This document shows, piece after piece, positions 47,172 to 60,032 of a DNA stretch of 64,000 nt. The notes beneath the pieces are model-generated. The model did no database searches. It was not told the DNA's origin and saw only the letters and a list, made by a program, of their open reading frames with translations. Position 1 is the stretch's first letter; every line of letters begins with the position of its first letter. This stretch comes from Fistulifera solaris (lineage: Eukaryota), in NCBI GenBank assembly GCA_030295235.1, contig AP026125.1, positions 1,364,001 to 1,428,000 on the forward strand, in the 5' to 3' direction. The position numbers were made by a program, and so were the translations under genes.

Positions 47172-50006
47172 ATGAATAATCGCGGAGAACAGCGACCCTT
47201 ACTAGCACATCGAGAGGTGAATGATGAATCTGAATCTTCTGGATGGGAATCACTCCATCATGAATCACAATGCTCTTCTGCAATAATACACAGCCTGAGA
47301 GGATCATGGAATAAGCCTCATGTAAGGGCTCGTATAGGGCCTGCCGCTCATCTGGTACGTGATGCGGCGATGGACTTGGATGCCGAGAATCCATCGGAAG
47401 GAGCTTACGATCCGTACCATGCTCGACACAAAAATGATACATGGCGCAACGTTGTGTCCCTGCTATGTCATCGAGTGTGTGCATATCCGCCTGTTGTCAA
47501 ACTATTTAATTTGGTAGCGTGGGCCATGCTTTTTCTGACATTCATTGAACCTCCCTATTGGTGTCTGGCGAATGATGATTATCCAGAGAGATCATGCGCC
47601 AGACTATTGTCAGCACGAGGGATACCCGCGGGTGCCGAGGAAGACGAGTTTGTGAGTGAGGTAGAATACTATCCGAATGCACACGCTATGCTTCTAGATG
47701 AAGCCATGTCTCGCAAAATCGAATCCGTTTTTGTTGCCATTCTTTTCGGTGTGGTACTTTTACGGATTGGTCGCGATGGGCTCAGCTTGAAACGATACTT
47801 ACGCAAAGGCCCAGCTCGATGGAACCGCATAGCACAGTTGGTGTCTTTAAGTTTCATTGCCTATGGACTTTGGACGGATCACTCCAGTTACTGTCCCTAT
47901 GCGCGCTTGGCAATAGTCATGTCACTGGATAATTTTAATTTTCAGCGCGAACTGCGGGATCTAGTGGAAGTACTTCCGCGTGTTTTTCAGATTTTGGCAT
48001 TGCTCAGCTTGCTAATACTCTTTTATGGTTGGTTTGGTACTCTCCTCTTTGCGAACACAATTGAAGGGAAGACTTCGTTCTCCAACATAGTCGAAGCCAT
48101 TGTAAGAAACTTGCGATCTGCGCTTCTAAACGTAAAGAATTATCAAATTGCTCATCTTTGCTCTTTTTTGCAGTGGACGCTATGGATGTGTGTCACAACA
48201 GGTATGTGTTTCGCGGTGATTTACAGTTTCCATCAAAGGTCACTAAACGCTGTAAAACCTTTCGTTTAAAGTCAATTATCCGGACGTCATGATGCCAGCG
48301 TATAATAAGAATCGCTGGGTGGCATTATATTTCATTTCCTTCATGGCGATTGCTTTTTTCTTTTTAATGAACCTTATTTTGGCCGTGATTGTCAATCAGT
48401 ACAACGAAGCCGCTACGCAGCGATCGAAAGAGCACCGTGTGCTAGCAAAGGATTGCTTAACAAAAGCTTACAAACTTCTTGATCCACATGAAGTCGGCTG
48501 GATCGATCGGAGAACCGTCATGGAACTATTTCGCATTTTAAAAGAAGACTTTCCAGAATTTCGACATCTCTCGGAGGAACAAGGGAACATTATTTTCGGC
48601 TTGCTGGCGAGAAGCCATCCGTCCAAGGTTTCAAAAGACGAGTTCATGAAGCTATCCAACCTTTTGCTTCTTGAATTCGTTCGCGAAAGTGACTACTCGA
48701 CCTGGGTTGAGCGCCGCTACCCAGAGTACTTTCAAAGTAGCCAACATCAAGAATTTTGTAACCTTGTCAAATCGGATTACTTCGAGTATGCCATCGATCT
48801 GGTTTTGCTGATGAACGCTATGGTAGCCGCCATGCAATCGTATCCTGAATTGTCAGGAAGCGCCGCCTCAGGTGAGTTCCTCTCAATTAGTTTTACATCC
48901 TCCTACGCTGCCTGAAATTTTTTCCTGCTCGTCTAGACCCTCTGTATATTGGTGGTCCTATCGACACCACTGAAGAGATTGTTGGTACATTCTTTACCGC
49001 CCTTTATGCGGTGGAAGTCTTTACCAAGATAGCTGTGTATGGTCGGAAATCATATTTTGAGGATCAAAGAAATGTCTTTGATTTCACGATGACAATGCTG
49101 GCTTTCGTACGGGTCGCGCTGATGTTTTCTCCAGAAAGCGTACTTTTCGATATTCAATTGATTCGTCTGATTGTGATGCTCCGTGTGCTTCGTATAATCC
49201 GCTTTCTTCCTGGAATCAACGTACTCCAGTTGCTTTTTCGCAAGGAAGCGAAAATATTGAAGTACGCAGTCAGCATTCTGCTGCTGCTGTTCTTTGTTTT
49301 CTTTCTGTTCAGCTCGGTAAGCCTGGTCACAATTGAACAAATCTTGTTTATCGAAGCCTAACAACCGTTTTATGAATGCGCCGTCCACTCGATCAGTTCG
49401 GTGTTTATCACTACGGTGGACTAATTTCACGAGATCCATCCAATCGAGTTTCCGACCTCGTTCTGAACACTGTCTTTTCTGAGAGCGATTACTGGGCCAA
49501 CAACTTCAATGACATGATCAGTGGCATGAATGTAAGTAACGCATTATCCTTTCGTGCGATATTCCTTACTAACGAATCACACTATTGCAAAGGTCCTGTT
49601 CAACTTGCTCGTTACAAATAATTGGGATGAATGCGAGATAGGGTTCGAAGCAGTTACTGAAGCGAAGTGGGTCAGATGGTTCTTCCTTTTCTTCCACTTG
49701 ACAGCTGTGGTTTTGGTCAACAATCTTGTTGTGGCATTTGTCATTGAAGCGTTTCTTGAGCAGCTATACTTATCAAATAACCAACAAAAGGAAGAAGCCG
49801 AAAGGTACGGGGAAACTATTTTGAATGGCGGACACGTAGTTCTGAAGACCGCCATTTTTGGGAGCAAGGAAGCCACCTTCACTGGGCCTTACCGCGTGCG
49901 GCTACGTTATGCGGGCGGCGACATTACAGGCAGTAAAAGAGATCATCAAGATCTCGAAGAAAATCTGACAAAGTTGTTGTCCCTGCCTGTGAGCCCCTAT
50001 TTGTGA
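47172..50006 (+). CDS. TPC1: Two-pore cation channel (TPC) with EF-hand-like linker
   Basis: LTFIEPPYWC. Pore I TTVNYPDVMMPAY is assembled through a 28-nt exon (48174-48201). Also MNLILAVI, EF-like LDPHEVGWID, S4 LRVLRIIR, YWANNFNDM and pore II LLVTNNW. About five GT-AG introns. Confidence 0.9.
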
Positions 50007-50249
50007 ATGAGACTGGTAGATTACTCCCCGTTTCATCCACCAACGATACCCCTCAACAAGCCCCATTTGAAAGAATAAGATTCTAAAAGATTCAGACGCC
50101 CGACCGGTCAGCTGTTATGCGTTCTTGGTCAAGACTGTAACCCGCTTCCGTACTAAGTGCAGGCGCATCAGATGAACTTCTTTCATGGAACTGAAATATC
50201 CTTGCTGCATAGAATGAAGTAATGGTGAAGTGTTTTTCTCGAGGCGATT

Positions 50250-51823
50250 CTAAGTACGACTGCTATCGCCCCACAATTTCCCGCCAGCTATATGCTCTCG
50301 CAAAGATTCTTCCCCGGTGACTCCTTTCTTCTTGCGGCTGGCTCGTTTCCTTTTTCCTGCACGGTACTCCAGAGACTCTGAACCATTGTCATCGTCTTCC
50401 GTAACTTTCTCCAGATCCTGATCATTCAACTGCCCACTCTGCATAATGCCCCTGGCAATTGGCAGTTGCCACCCATACGCTAGAACTGTAGTTGTACCTT
50501 TGCGACCTGCTCGAGCCGTACGTCCTACACGTCGAATATATTCCGCAGGATCCTTCGGAAAGTCGAATATGACCACATGATCGACAGGCGAAGCAGCAAA
50601 ATCCACGCCACGGGCAGCGCGATCGGTGCATATCAATACAGAATCAATATCCTGTTCTTGCCGGACAAACTCCGCTAGGTTTTCGCGTCGTACTTCGGGA
50701 GTCATAGCGCCATGATAAGTGTAAATCTTATTGACGCGTTCGCTTCTATCTTTTCTTTTCAACAAGTTTTCCACCTGTCGACAGCTTTCTACTGTATTGC
50801 AAAGATGAGTGTGCGTCGGCACCGGTTCTTACGAAGCGCCGTCATTAGTTCTTTCGCCTTGACCTCAAAGCAATATTTAGCATCCCGATTATACTGAGGT
50901 GGCACTGACACATCAACCAAACGTTCCTCTACAGTCATTGCGACGCGGTGTAGGCCTGGTCCTTTCACAACTTGCACATCTGGGAACTCTCTTTGCACAG
51001 TTTTGATAACGGAATTGGGCAAAGTCGCCGCAACAAACACGAACTGCGGACTGGTCTGCAAAGCTGCACCCAGTGTCCGAAGCTGAGGTCCAAACGTTTC
51101 ATCCACTAGCAGAATATCCACTTCGTCCAGCACGACAGCCTGTACGCGACTTAAGTCGAGTCCTGCTTGTCGTGTCCTTAAAATAGTTGCTATACGTCCA
51201 GGAGTCGAAATCAGCACATCATAGCTTTTCTTCTGCTGCAGCATTCGAATCTGATCCCGAATATTTGTTGCATACTGACCCGTTGCCGTTAAAACTGCCG
51301 ACGATACCGTCAGCTTGTCACACACTGCCTTAATTTGATCCGCTAGTTCGGCCGTCGGGGCGAGAACAATGATAGCCGGTGATGCTTTGCTTTTGAAGGA
51401 TCGGTTCAGTAACGGCAAAAGGTATGCTAACGTTTTTCCACTGCCTGTTTGATCGGCGATAATCGCATTCTTCCCCTGAAACAAAATGGGCCAAGCGAGA
51501 TTCTGTATTTTGGATGGTCGCGTAATTCCAGCGTCGCGACACAGTTTTCGAAATAGCGGTTTATCTGCTGCGAAGGACGCCAAAGAATTGCGACTGAAAA
51601 AGTGCGATGGAGCGTCGTGCGTGTATCCATTGTCACCCTTATCAAATGCCTGTTCTGTTGGAGACTTGTTGTAGAATATATCATCATCGTCTGTATCTTG
51701 AAATGACTGATGGATTGCTGTCGGACGAGTCAGGCGCGACGAACATTCTGTTTCGATGTTCGTCTGAAAGGCCTTCACGAACGGAAGCAGCCACAAGCAA
51801 CAGATACTCAAAGACGACTTCAT
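50250..51823 (-). CDS. DEAD-box RNA helicase, probable plastid targeting; one apparent frameshift
   Basis: Q motif [46 protein letters not shown]; presequence 'VKA-FQ'. One extra base at 50801-50803 restores LIFCNT. Confidence 0.9.
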
Positions 51824-52289
51824 ATTGCGCAATAATACAGGCAGCAAAAGTTTCGGCAATTCAGGATGAAAATATGGATAATTATAATGGGTCAAAGGTT
51901 AATGTGGTCGTTATTCAAGTTTCGAGTCAGTGAATGGTGTGTGTGAATGATGCAAAAACTTAAGACCAAAGTCGTACAGGTACTACGGTACTACTATACT
52001 CTATTACAAGACGAGTATAAGTCAACTGTTGGTGGGTATACTGGATAATAGTGTAAAGAAAAGAGTATTTGTAATACAGACGCGCGCAAAAACTCGTCCG
52101 CGCGGCATAGCCAACGAAATTCAAAGTCGGAAGACGAATGCAAAGATCACGAAACAAAACATGAGAACGTTATCACTTATCACCAACATCTGTCCCTCAT
52201 TCACGCTACTAGCTTCGTCGTTACACATTTCCTACCTCTTTCCTGAAATACTAAAAGAGGAAAGCACTCGGAAGCCGCAAAGAAAGAGA

Positions 52290-54025
52290 ATGGCGACGAC
52301 TGTAATTTTAAATAACACAAACATGGAACCGCAGTGTCGTGCTTGTCATTCGACGGCTCTCTATACCGACTGGTCGCAAGGCGACCGTATCTGTACATCA
52401 TGCGGGGTCGTTGACGAAGAACATATTATGGATAGAGGACCCGAATGGCGAGACTATCAAGACGACCCGGACTCGACCGCACAACGGAGCGGTATGGTCC
52501 CCGTCAACGAGGATTTATATTTAGGAGGCTTACAACCAACACTCGTGTCAAGTTATACGTTCGGTGATCGCAATCCATCCATACGGAACCGATTGGCGTC
52601 AGCAAATCATAAGATTGATTATTTGATGCAAAAACAGCACGCCAAAGCGTTGTCGTCGGCGCATTTGTCGCATAAGATCAAGAGAAAACACAACACCGAA
52701 TTGTCGCACCAAGACGTGCGACCCGAACTGGAGCAGCTCATTGTAAAAGAAGAAGACGATGGCAACCGATTGCGTACTGCCATGTACGCTGAAAAGTGGT
52801 CACTGCAACGTGCTATTCGATGGCACGAAGGACACGAGGATGAACAAGCGGATAAAGTTCTACAGAAGGCTGCTCACGATCTTTATGCAGCGTACTCGAT
52901 GCTTTTGGAAAGCGCGGAGGCCTTGGATCTAAACGAAAGAGTGAAACAAGAGGCATCAAATTTGTTATGTAAATATGCTACTCTGCGGGACGGCTTGCTG
53001 GTGCGTGGAATAGCCATTGCGAGACGGAAAAGTGCTACGGAGCTTGTCCACGAACCGAATGCTCTTAAGAAATGGCGGCTGGTACCAGCGCAACGGCAAC
53101 GTGTATTAGAACAGGCAGCAAAAGATTCACTCAATGACTACAACAAAGTGAAACAACATGGAGCTCTTTGTGCCGCAATTCTCTTTTGACGGCCCGAAAT
53201 TTGAAACAACCTCGGTCGCTCGCAGATGTCTGTAACAGCATACAACCACCAAAAACGATGGCCGACACAAACTCGTATTTGTTAAATGAAGATACATTCA
53301 TCAAGAAAAGACACTGCTCTCGGGCTTTTAACGAGATCAAAGAGACGTTTCCTGAATTTGCACAAGCGGCGTCATCAGCAGACGGTATCACAACAATGGA
53401 AGATCCGACTGGTGAAGATGCTATTCATAACCTGATAGAGCATACGCTTCGCAAGCTGCACCTACCTCCTGTGGCTGAGACATGTGTGCAATTTTTGATG
53501 CAATTGTTAGACGGATCGAAGGAGGCGAAGATTAACATTGCTGCTATCACACTCTTTGTGTGTCATGCTGGCAGCACGATGCAGCGTCTCGCACAGCAGT
53601 CACGGCAACAAAGCCGCAGCTTACCGTTTAGTAAGAAACGGACGTTTAGCCATACCGAAAAAACGACCGATGAAGCGGAAAGTGGTCTTGATTTCAATCA
53701 ACTGGAAGAAGAACAACGAACGTACCTGATGCAACGGATGTGGGACGCATGGAACGAACAGACGGAGTGGGCGCGTAGTCTCATCGAAATTGAGAATTGC
53801 TGCGGGGTGTCCAGCAAGCTTATTTCGGAATTCTACCAGACGAATCTCTATCCGAAGAGACATGAGCTGCTGCTGTCGCTTCAGGATGCAGTAAAGATAG
53901 ATGGACAGAGCGATTTCGTCTTTGGTGGCACACCGCAACGCCTTACCGAAACGCCTCAATCCTCAATTCTTTTGACGCGTTTGACCGCAGCAAGCCCACT
54001 CATGAAACCCTCGTCAAAGTTGTAA
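52290..54025 (+). CDS. TFIIB-related factor (Zn ribbon + B-reader, divergent cyclin folds); one apparent frameshift
   Basis: CRAC...DWSQGDRICTSCGVV...DRGPEWRDY. ALCAAILF/LTARNLKQPRSLADV resembles TFIIB repeat 1. Frameshift at 53184-53187. Confidence 0.72.
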
Positions 54026-54966
54026 CATAGTGTAACGGCGAGTTTGACCACTCTTCTCAGGGTCAATCTCGGCGCCCGAAGAGGCACTTCCGTTGCTAGA
54101 TTGCACTAGGCTGCTTTCCGTGTCGTTGGCAGATCGACGTCAAATTTTGTGACGCAGAGAATGATCATGGTGCGTAAGCATAACCCCATTCGTCAACCAC
54201 GATTGAATGCGATTGATGATTGATCGTAGTGCTTGGTGCTTGATCTTGAATCTTGTTTTTGCTGGTGCCGTTTAGGGCCTTAATTCAAGTCTCAAATTAA
54301 CAAAATTTTATTAATAAACGACAAACGACAAACGACCACTTCTTGGCCTTCTTTGGTGACCTGCCGCGACCTAGTGAAATTAAGAATTATTTTAGATTGA
54401 CTCCGTTTCTCGTTTCCAAGCCCGTTTCTCGGTCCTTTCCCCTTAGTTTTTATTCTCCCGTAACCGCCCCATATGACCCGTGACGCATAAGTTATTGTCC
54501 ATGACTAGCTAGTCCAATAGTGTTTTGTATATATCTATTAAACCTATGACCTGTGGTACATTCGAGTATCGAAATAGCTAAACTAGGTCTACTCTAGGCA
54601 TATATACAATCTGTCAAAGTTTTGTCCGTGCATCATGAACGGCCAATCAGGTCGATCTATTTCCCTTTCCGTGTTTACCGGAAGTACTTGTTGTATCTTT
54701 GATATTTGTAAATGTCTTTGACGTCAAACGCTTTTCGGAAGTTCGAAAAACCAATTGCCCATCGCAATAGCCTACAGCGAACTCAGTACATAATCTACGT
54801 GGGGGAAAGAATAATTTCATTCTCGCTCACACGGTCAAATTCGGAGATGAGATCTTGCCGAATTTCAGACGAAAACACCTTCTCACCTCGAACAAAAGAA
54901 CCCAACGCAGCGTCGATCGTCGATACAATATTCTATTCATAGTGCGCTGAGAAACGAATAGCAAGG

Positions 54967-55218
54967 ATGTCGTCGTCTAACATTAATTGCGCACGCGCGA
55001 GGTCGCTTCCTGACCGCCAGCCTTTACATGCCATTCTTCGACGTGCGTCTCCGGCGTTGCAGCCATTCTCCCGGTCCGACTACGTTCATCAGGATCGTCA
55101 TACCGCGAACAATGACTTTCTGCGCTCCATTCTCGAGCAAGCTCTTGCTATTACAGCATCCATTCCAATGGAAGACTGGGAATCTGGCAAGTCGTCCCCT
55201 GAAAAGAGACCGCAGTGA
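54967..55218 (+). CDS. Hypothetical small protein (83 aa)
   Basis: ATG ORF in an otherwise empty interval; contains an amphipathic helix DFLRSILEQALAIT. Confidence 0.4.
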   Translation: MSSSNINCARARSLPDRQPLHAILRRASPALQPFSRSDYVHQDRHTANNDFLRSILEQALAITASIPMEDWESGKSSPEKRPQ

Positions 55219-55450
55219 TTGCATCCGCACCAGAATTGCAGGAGATTGCTGACATTTGAGTTGAATTATCTTCGAAGAAGATCGACGGATACAGGAAAAG
55301 GCGATATATCAACAATTTTATATACTTTTTCATTTTAGTAGGAAAATTTTATACCCTAGCTTCCTCCCTCGTGTGCACGCCATAAGCATTCCGTCATGTA
55401 ATGATAAGTAGTGTTGTGCTCTCCATCCGCAGCTACGTCGGGCTATGAAC

Positions 55451-56860
55451 TTAAAGAGGAATCAAATTCGGAAAGTCTGCATAGAGATCTTCATTGGTGA
55501 TACGGTCTCCAGGCACTTCGGGTGACCAGAGGACCTCTCCTGACAGTAAGCATAAGCCCACCTGACTATCAGCCGCGATCTGTGACAGCGCACGAAGCAG
55601 ATCTTCACGAGAGCGTACTTCCGTTGACGCCAAAGATTTGCCTTCAATAGACAAATTAATCGAAACAACAGCCATAGTGGGATCGGAATCTTCCTCCGAC
55701 AGGTTGCTCGCTGGGGTCTCATCAATAAGCAGCTTGTCGCCAAACTTGTTTACTATCAACGATGAGGTAAACAGGCCAAGAATAAGACACAAGTATGGTG
55801 TTTTCGTGAAGCTGACAGTGCGTTCAAAAGAAAAGACTTACCAACTTCGCTGTCAAACTTGCTCCTGCTTCGAACGGACTGTGAGCGAAATTGCCGCTCG
55901 GCAAACTCTGGATTGTGGAAATGCTTTGCCTTTGCGGAAGCCGATATAATACTTTTTCCTGGCGAAGTAACTCAAGCGACACTGATGGAGAAAGTTTAGC
56001 AAATATTTTGAGGCCGTCACACTCTCATACAGAAGCTTACCTTCGGAAATGAGATCTTGTACACCTTTTCGATTCGAAGTATCCGCAGCTAAGGAAAGCT
56101 TCCGTAATCGTTTCATGATCGAATTAGGATCTCTTCGGTCGGGGACATTCATTGCTATTGTAAGTGTAACCATTGTCGCGCCAGCACCCAAGGGACCGGT
56201 CATCATTTCTCGTTTGCTGTTATTTATAACGCCTTGAATCAGAATCGCAATTACCGTCACCAGAACTGTCATTTCCGCTATCGTCGTAGTTCTGCGAGCC
56301 GCAACAGCACCGGCTGAACCGTAATGCCAACCTGTTGCGCCATGCACGATAAAGCGAGGACTGCCGAGAAGTGTGCCGTGGGGTTGCCGGCTATAGTTCC
56401 AAGTCCCCGACGATCGACAAGGTGTCGATATCGAGGTTCGGTGAGAGGCTGACTTGAACGACCCTCCCGCCCGACCACTACTTGGTGCAGCCCCAGCCAT
56501 TTGAAGAGGAGCGAACATGATGGCGAGTGCGAGACACGCCGCAAATAACTTTTTCCAAATCGGAGTCAAACTTTCTTTCACTTTTCGAAACATCGACGTC
56601 AACTTCGGTTGAATAATATTCAGTGTTTGTTGGAAGTCGAAAGGGCGCAAGTAACGTCTAGAGGCAGAATATTTCGAATCATATAACAAGTAACGCGGAT
56701 GCGAAGCAGGGAGCTTTACAAAAGCAATTTTGAACTTGTTTCTTTCGAATGAAGACAGTAAGGGACTCGGAAGTGAGCGCCTTTGAGCCCCTTGAAAGGC
56801 TTCACTAGTCGCCAATAAAACAAATAGCAGCGCCACACATCGTTTTCCCGATTTCTCCAT
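55451..56860 (-). CDS. DUF1517 / FLAP1-like plastid membrane protein
   Basis: Presequence 'SEA-FQ', GRAGGSF, one TM, ADTSNRKGVQDLISEVSLELLRQ, MAVVSINLSIEG, EVLWSP...ADFPNLIPL. Introns 55982-56040 and 55753-55841. Confidence 0.82.
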
Positions 56861-57328
56861 TTGTGTCGGTGTGATTGTTTGAATAATAAAAGGACAGTTA
56901 TCAATGTTTTGTATTCGAAGAATATTGAGAAGCAATAACACATCATTCAAAAATATTGCTGACGGTGAAGATGAATGGCATAATCTCGTTCAAACATTGC
57001 TATAGCGTTATTGTGTACTTCTACGACACGAGATACGAATGAATTCTGAGTGAGACGCGGATGGTTTTACTATGGGACAGAAGAGTAGTAGATTGTGATT
57101 GAAGAGTCGACATCATCAAGATGACTTGTTGCGCTGCAACAGAGATCGTAAGATTCAGAGTTTGTGATGAGAGTTAGTTAGGATTGATATTGTTATTCGA
57201 TATTGATCTAGTTGTTGCGGATATTGCTGGATATTCGCGTGAGAATCTCGTTTATTATCGCTCTGACAAAAATAAAATAATAAGTTTTGTTTGGTTCTTG
57301 TATGTACGAAATCTTCTGCAGCTGTATG

Positions 57329-57401
57329 TCTCCCATAGTGTAGTGGTTTAGCACCCCACACTTTGAATGTGGTAACCTGAGTTCGACTCTCAGTGGGAGA
57401 A
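57329..57401 (+). tRNA. trnQ-UUG: tRNA-Gln, anticodon TTG
   Basis: Full cloverleaf: acceptor TCTCCCA/TGGGAGA, D stem GTGT/GCAC, anticodon stem CCACA/TGTGG with loop CT-TTG-AA, T stem CTGAG/CTCAG with loop TTCGACT. Confidence 0.95.
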
Positions 57402-57402
57402 A

Positions 57403-57407
57403 TTTTT
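57403..57407 (+). terminator. Pol III oligo-T terminator
   Basis: TTTTT begins 2 nt after the tRNA discriminator. Confidence 0.7.
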
Positions 57408-57563
57408 AGATTAGGGTTAGGGATAATTCCTTTTTTCCGATATTTTTGCGCCTCCATAGTCTAGATTAGATTGGTTTACTCGATGCTCAATCACCAATCA
57501 ACTTTTTATTTTATCTTTAGAAAGATCTATAAGAAGAGTTGAAATCGGATTCTATTAAAAGGA

Positions 57564-58571
57564 CTACTCAAAGATAGCACGCTGGGCAAACGCCGGCAAA
57601 ACGAACGACGCCGAATGCATATCCGCCGAGTAGTATTGCAGTGCTTTTTGGGTTTCTTCGCCCGGTTGGCGAGCAGCTGTCTTGCAAGAACCACGGTCTT
57701 TCGTAGCTAGAATCAAACCAATCTGTCCCGACGGGTAAGAAGGAATACATGTATACGCAAATTCTACCGAGCTGTACTTTTCTTTGATGGAGTTGACCAA
57801 TGGTTTGATCACATCCAACAACAACCAGACGCATTCTCCTTGCGTACAAACAATACCTCCTTTGCGAAGACTACTGTACATGGAATTGTAGAAGGGAGTT
57901 TCGAAAAGGACCGAGTTCGGTCCAATTGGATCGGATGAATCGGTAATGATCACGTCGAAACTCTCTTGATTCTCCTCCATGAATTTGGAGCCATCTCGGA
58001 TATGGACCGTGACACGGGGATCGTCGTAGCCCTTCGCTAGACCAGGTAAGTACTTTTTGGAAACTTCAATGACATCCTTATCAATCTCACAAATGGAAAT
58101 CTCTTCCACTCCCGGGTGTCGTGCCACTTCACGAAGGACACCACCATCTCCGCCTCCAATGACTAAAACCTTTTTCGGATCGGGATGCGCATACAACGGC
58201 AGGTGAGCAATCATTTCTTGATAAGCAAATTCGTCTCGTTCTGTCACTTGAATGATGCCATCGAGGACCAAGACATTTCCGAAAGATTCCGATTTGAACA
58301 CCAAGATGTCTTGGTATTCGGAACGCTGATTGTAAAGAATTTCCTCCACTTTGAGCGAAAACGCTTGACCGGGCCACAAAGTACCACGCTCATGAAACCA
58401 TCCGTCAATGATAAGATCTTCGCATCTGTGTTGTAAAGTAATTAAGCAACATTATTGTGCATTTGTCAATGAATGTTTTGCGGATGATTTTCGAAAAACG
58501 GCTTCGACTTACTTGATCGGCGCAGGATCGCTCTCGTCCGTCTTGGGCTTTTTGTTTTCTGGTTCGGACAT
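57564..58571 (-). CDS. SRM: Spermidine synthase
   Basis: WPGQAFSLKV, LDGIIQVTERDEFAYQEM, VIGGGDGGVLRE, DVIITDSSDPIGP, IPSYPSGQIG; intron 58426-58512. Confidence 0.95.
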
Positions 58572-58967
58572 GGTGATATGATAAAAATGCTCTGTATATC
58601 TAAAAAGCGTGAAGTTATAAGCTTTATGATGTGTATCGGAATGCGAATGGATGTCGATCGGGCGATGGGTCGATTGGATAATAATGAATGGATGTTGTGA
58701 GTTGTGGGTTATCCCGTCTACTTTTCAGTCCTTAGTCAACGATCGAATCTTTTTTCGATAACCTTACTCTTTCCTTGCTCTTTCAGTGACTCTTCGTACT
58801 CGCTACGACATCTTTCGCGCCACATCACAAGAGCTTATTATTTCCCTCCAAGAAAAGCCGCGCACGATGACGATGACAAAACGACAAAAACAGATTTTGC
58901 GGGCGCGTTCATTATTATAATATTCACTGACAACGAGAACCCACACAAGACACAAGTCATTATCGTG

Positions 58968-60032
58968 ATGCGAAGATTAGCTTTCATTCCGACTCTTTCC
59001 ATCCTTTTTGTTATACGCAGTTATGCTTTTGTGGCGACAACACCGTTTGTAAGCGCCTTACCGTCGTTCAAATCATTATGCCTGTCACAGCAACAAGTCG
59101 CCGACGTCGAGACAGCGCATTTTGATTTATCGACTGGAGTGTCGATGCTAATTGAATCCTCGAAACCAAAGAAATGGACGAATAAACCGCCTATTCTCTT
59201 TTTGCACGGTTCCTTTCATGGAAGCTGGTGTTGGTCGGAACGTTTCTTTCCGTTTTTCGTCGAACGAGGCTTTCCAGTGGTTGCACTCAATTGGCGAGGG
59301 ACGGGAGGAACCAAAGCCGGCGACGGCGTCACAAAAGTGAAAATCACGGAACATGTGGCGGATTTGAATTCGTTTTTAGAAGACGTTCTCCCTCAACTGG
59401 GTTACGCCGACGTCAAACCCACTGTCGTGTGTCACTCATTTGGTGGACTTGCTGTAATGAAGTACTTGGAACAAAACCCAGCATCCAAGTTCAGTGGTAT
59501 CGTCATGATGTGTTCTGTTCCACCCAGTGGGAACGGTAAAATGACCATGCGTTACCTGAAACGATCACTCATAGATAGCTGGAAAATTACGGCGGGCTTT
59601 GCCATGAAGCGCGTTCTGACAAATGATGTTTTGTGTCGAGAGCTATTTTTTGGGGGTATGATAAAAGCACGAGAAGATGGATCCGTTGAAGATTATGGCA
59701 TCCCCGATGCTGACGTTCATCGCTATCAAGCTTATTTCGCTCGAGATTCAGCTGCTACCATTGATCTTCTTGATTTAGCCAAGCAGCTACCTTCTTCGGC
59801 TACTACCTCCGATGGCAGAGCATCGTTCGTCGCGCAACTGCCTCCATGTCTGGTCATGGGTGCGACAGATGATATGGTGGTAGATCGAGAAGGCATTGAC
59901 GAAACGGCCAAATACTTTGGGCTAGATGACTACAAAATGATCGATTCTCCTCATGATGTCATGCTTGGGGCGAAATGGCAGAATGCAGCCACAGCTTTAC
60001 ACCAATGGATTGAGGACAAAGTACTGTTATAG
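58968..60032 (+). CDS. Alpha/beta hydrolase, probable plastid targeting
   Basis: FLHGSFHGSWCW, CHSFGG elbow, GATDDMVVD (acid), PHDVML (His); presequence 'SYA-FVA'. Confidence 0.87.
   Translation: MRRLAFIPTLSILFVIRSYAFVATTPFVSALPSFKSLCLSQQQVADVETAHFDLSTGVSMLIESSKPKKWTNKPPILFLHGSFHGSWCWSERFFPFFVERGFPVVALNWRGTGGTKAGDGVTKVKITEHVADLNSFLEDVLPQLGYADVKPTVVCHSFGGLAVMKYLEQNPASKFSGIVMMCSVPPSGNGKMTMRYLKRSLIDSWKITAGFAMKRVLTNDVLCRELFFGGMIKAREDGSVEDYGIPDADVHRYQAYFARDSAATIDLLDLAKQLPSSATTSDGRASFVAQLPPCLVMGATDDMVVDREGIDETAKYFGLDDYKMIDSPHDVMLGAKWQNAATALHQWIEDKVLL

Noticed and set aside
3307..58571. Hypusine-pathway cluster (DOHH + spermidine synthase), or a tRNA-thiolation cluster with tRNA-Gln
   Set aside because: The genes are 27-53 kb apart with many unrelated genes in between, so co-occurrence is probably chance.
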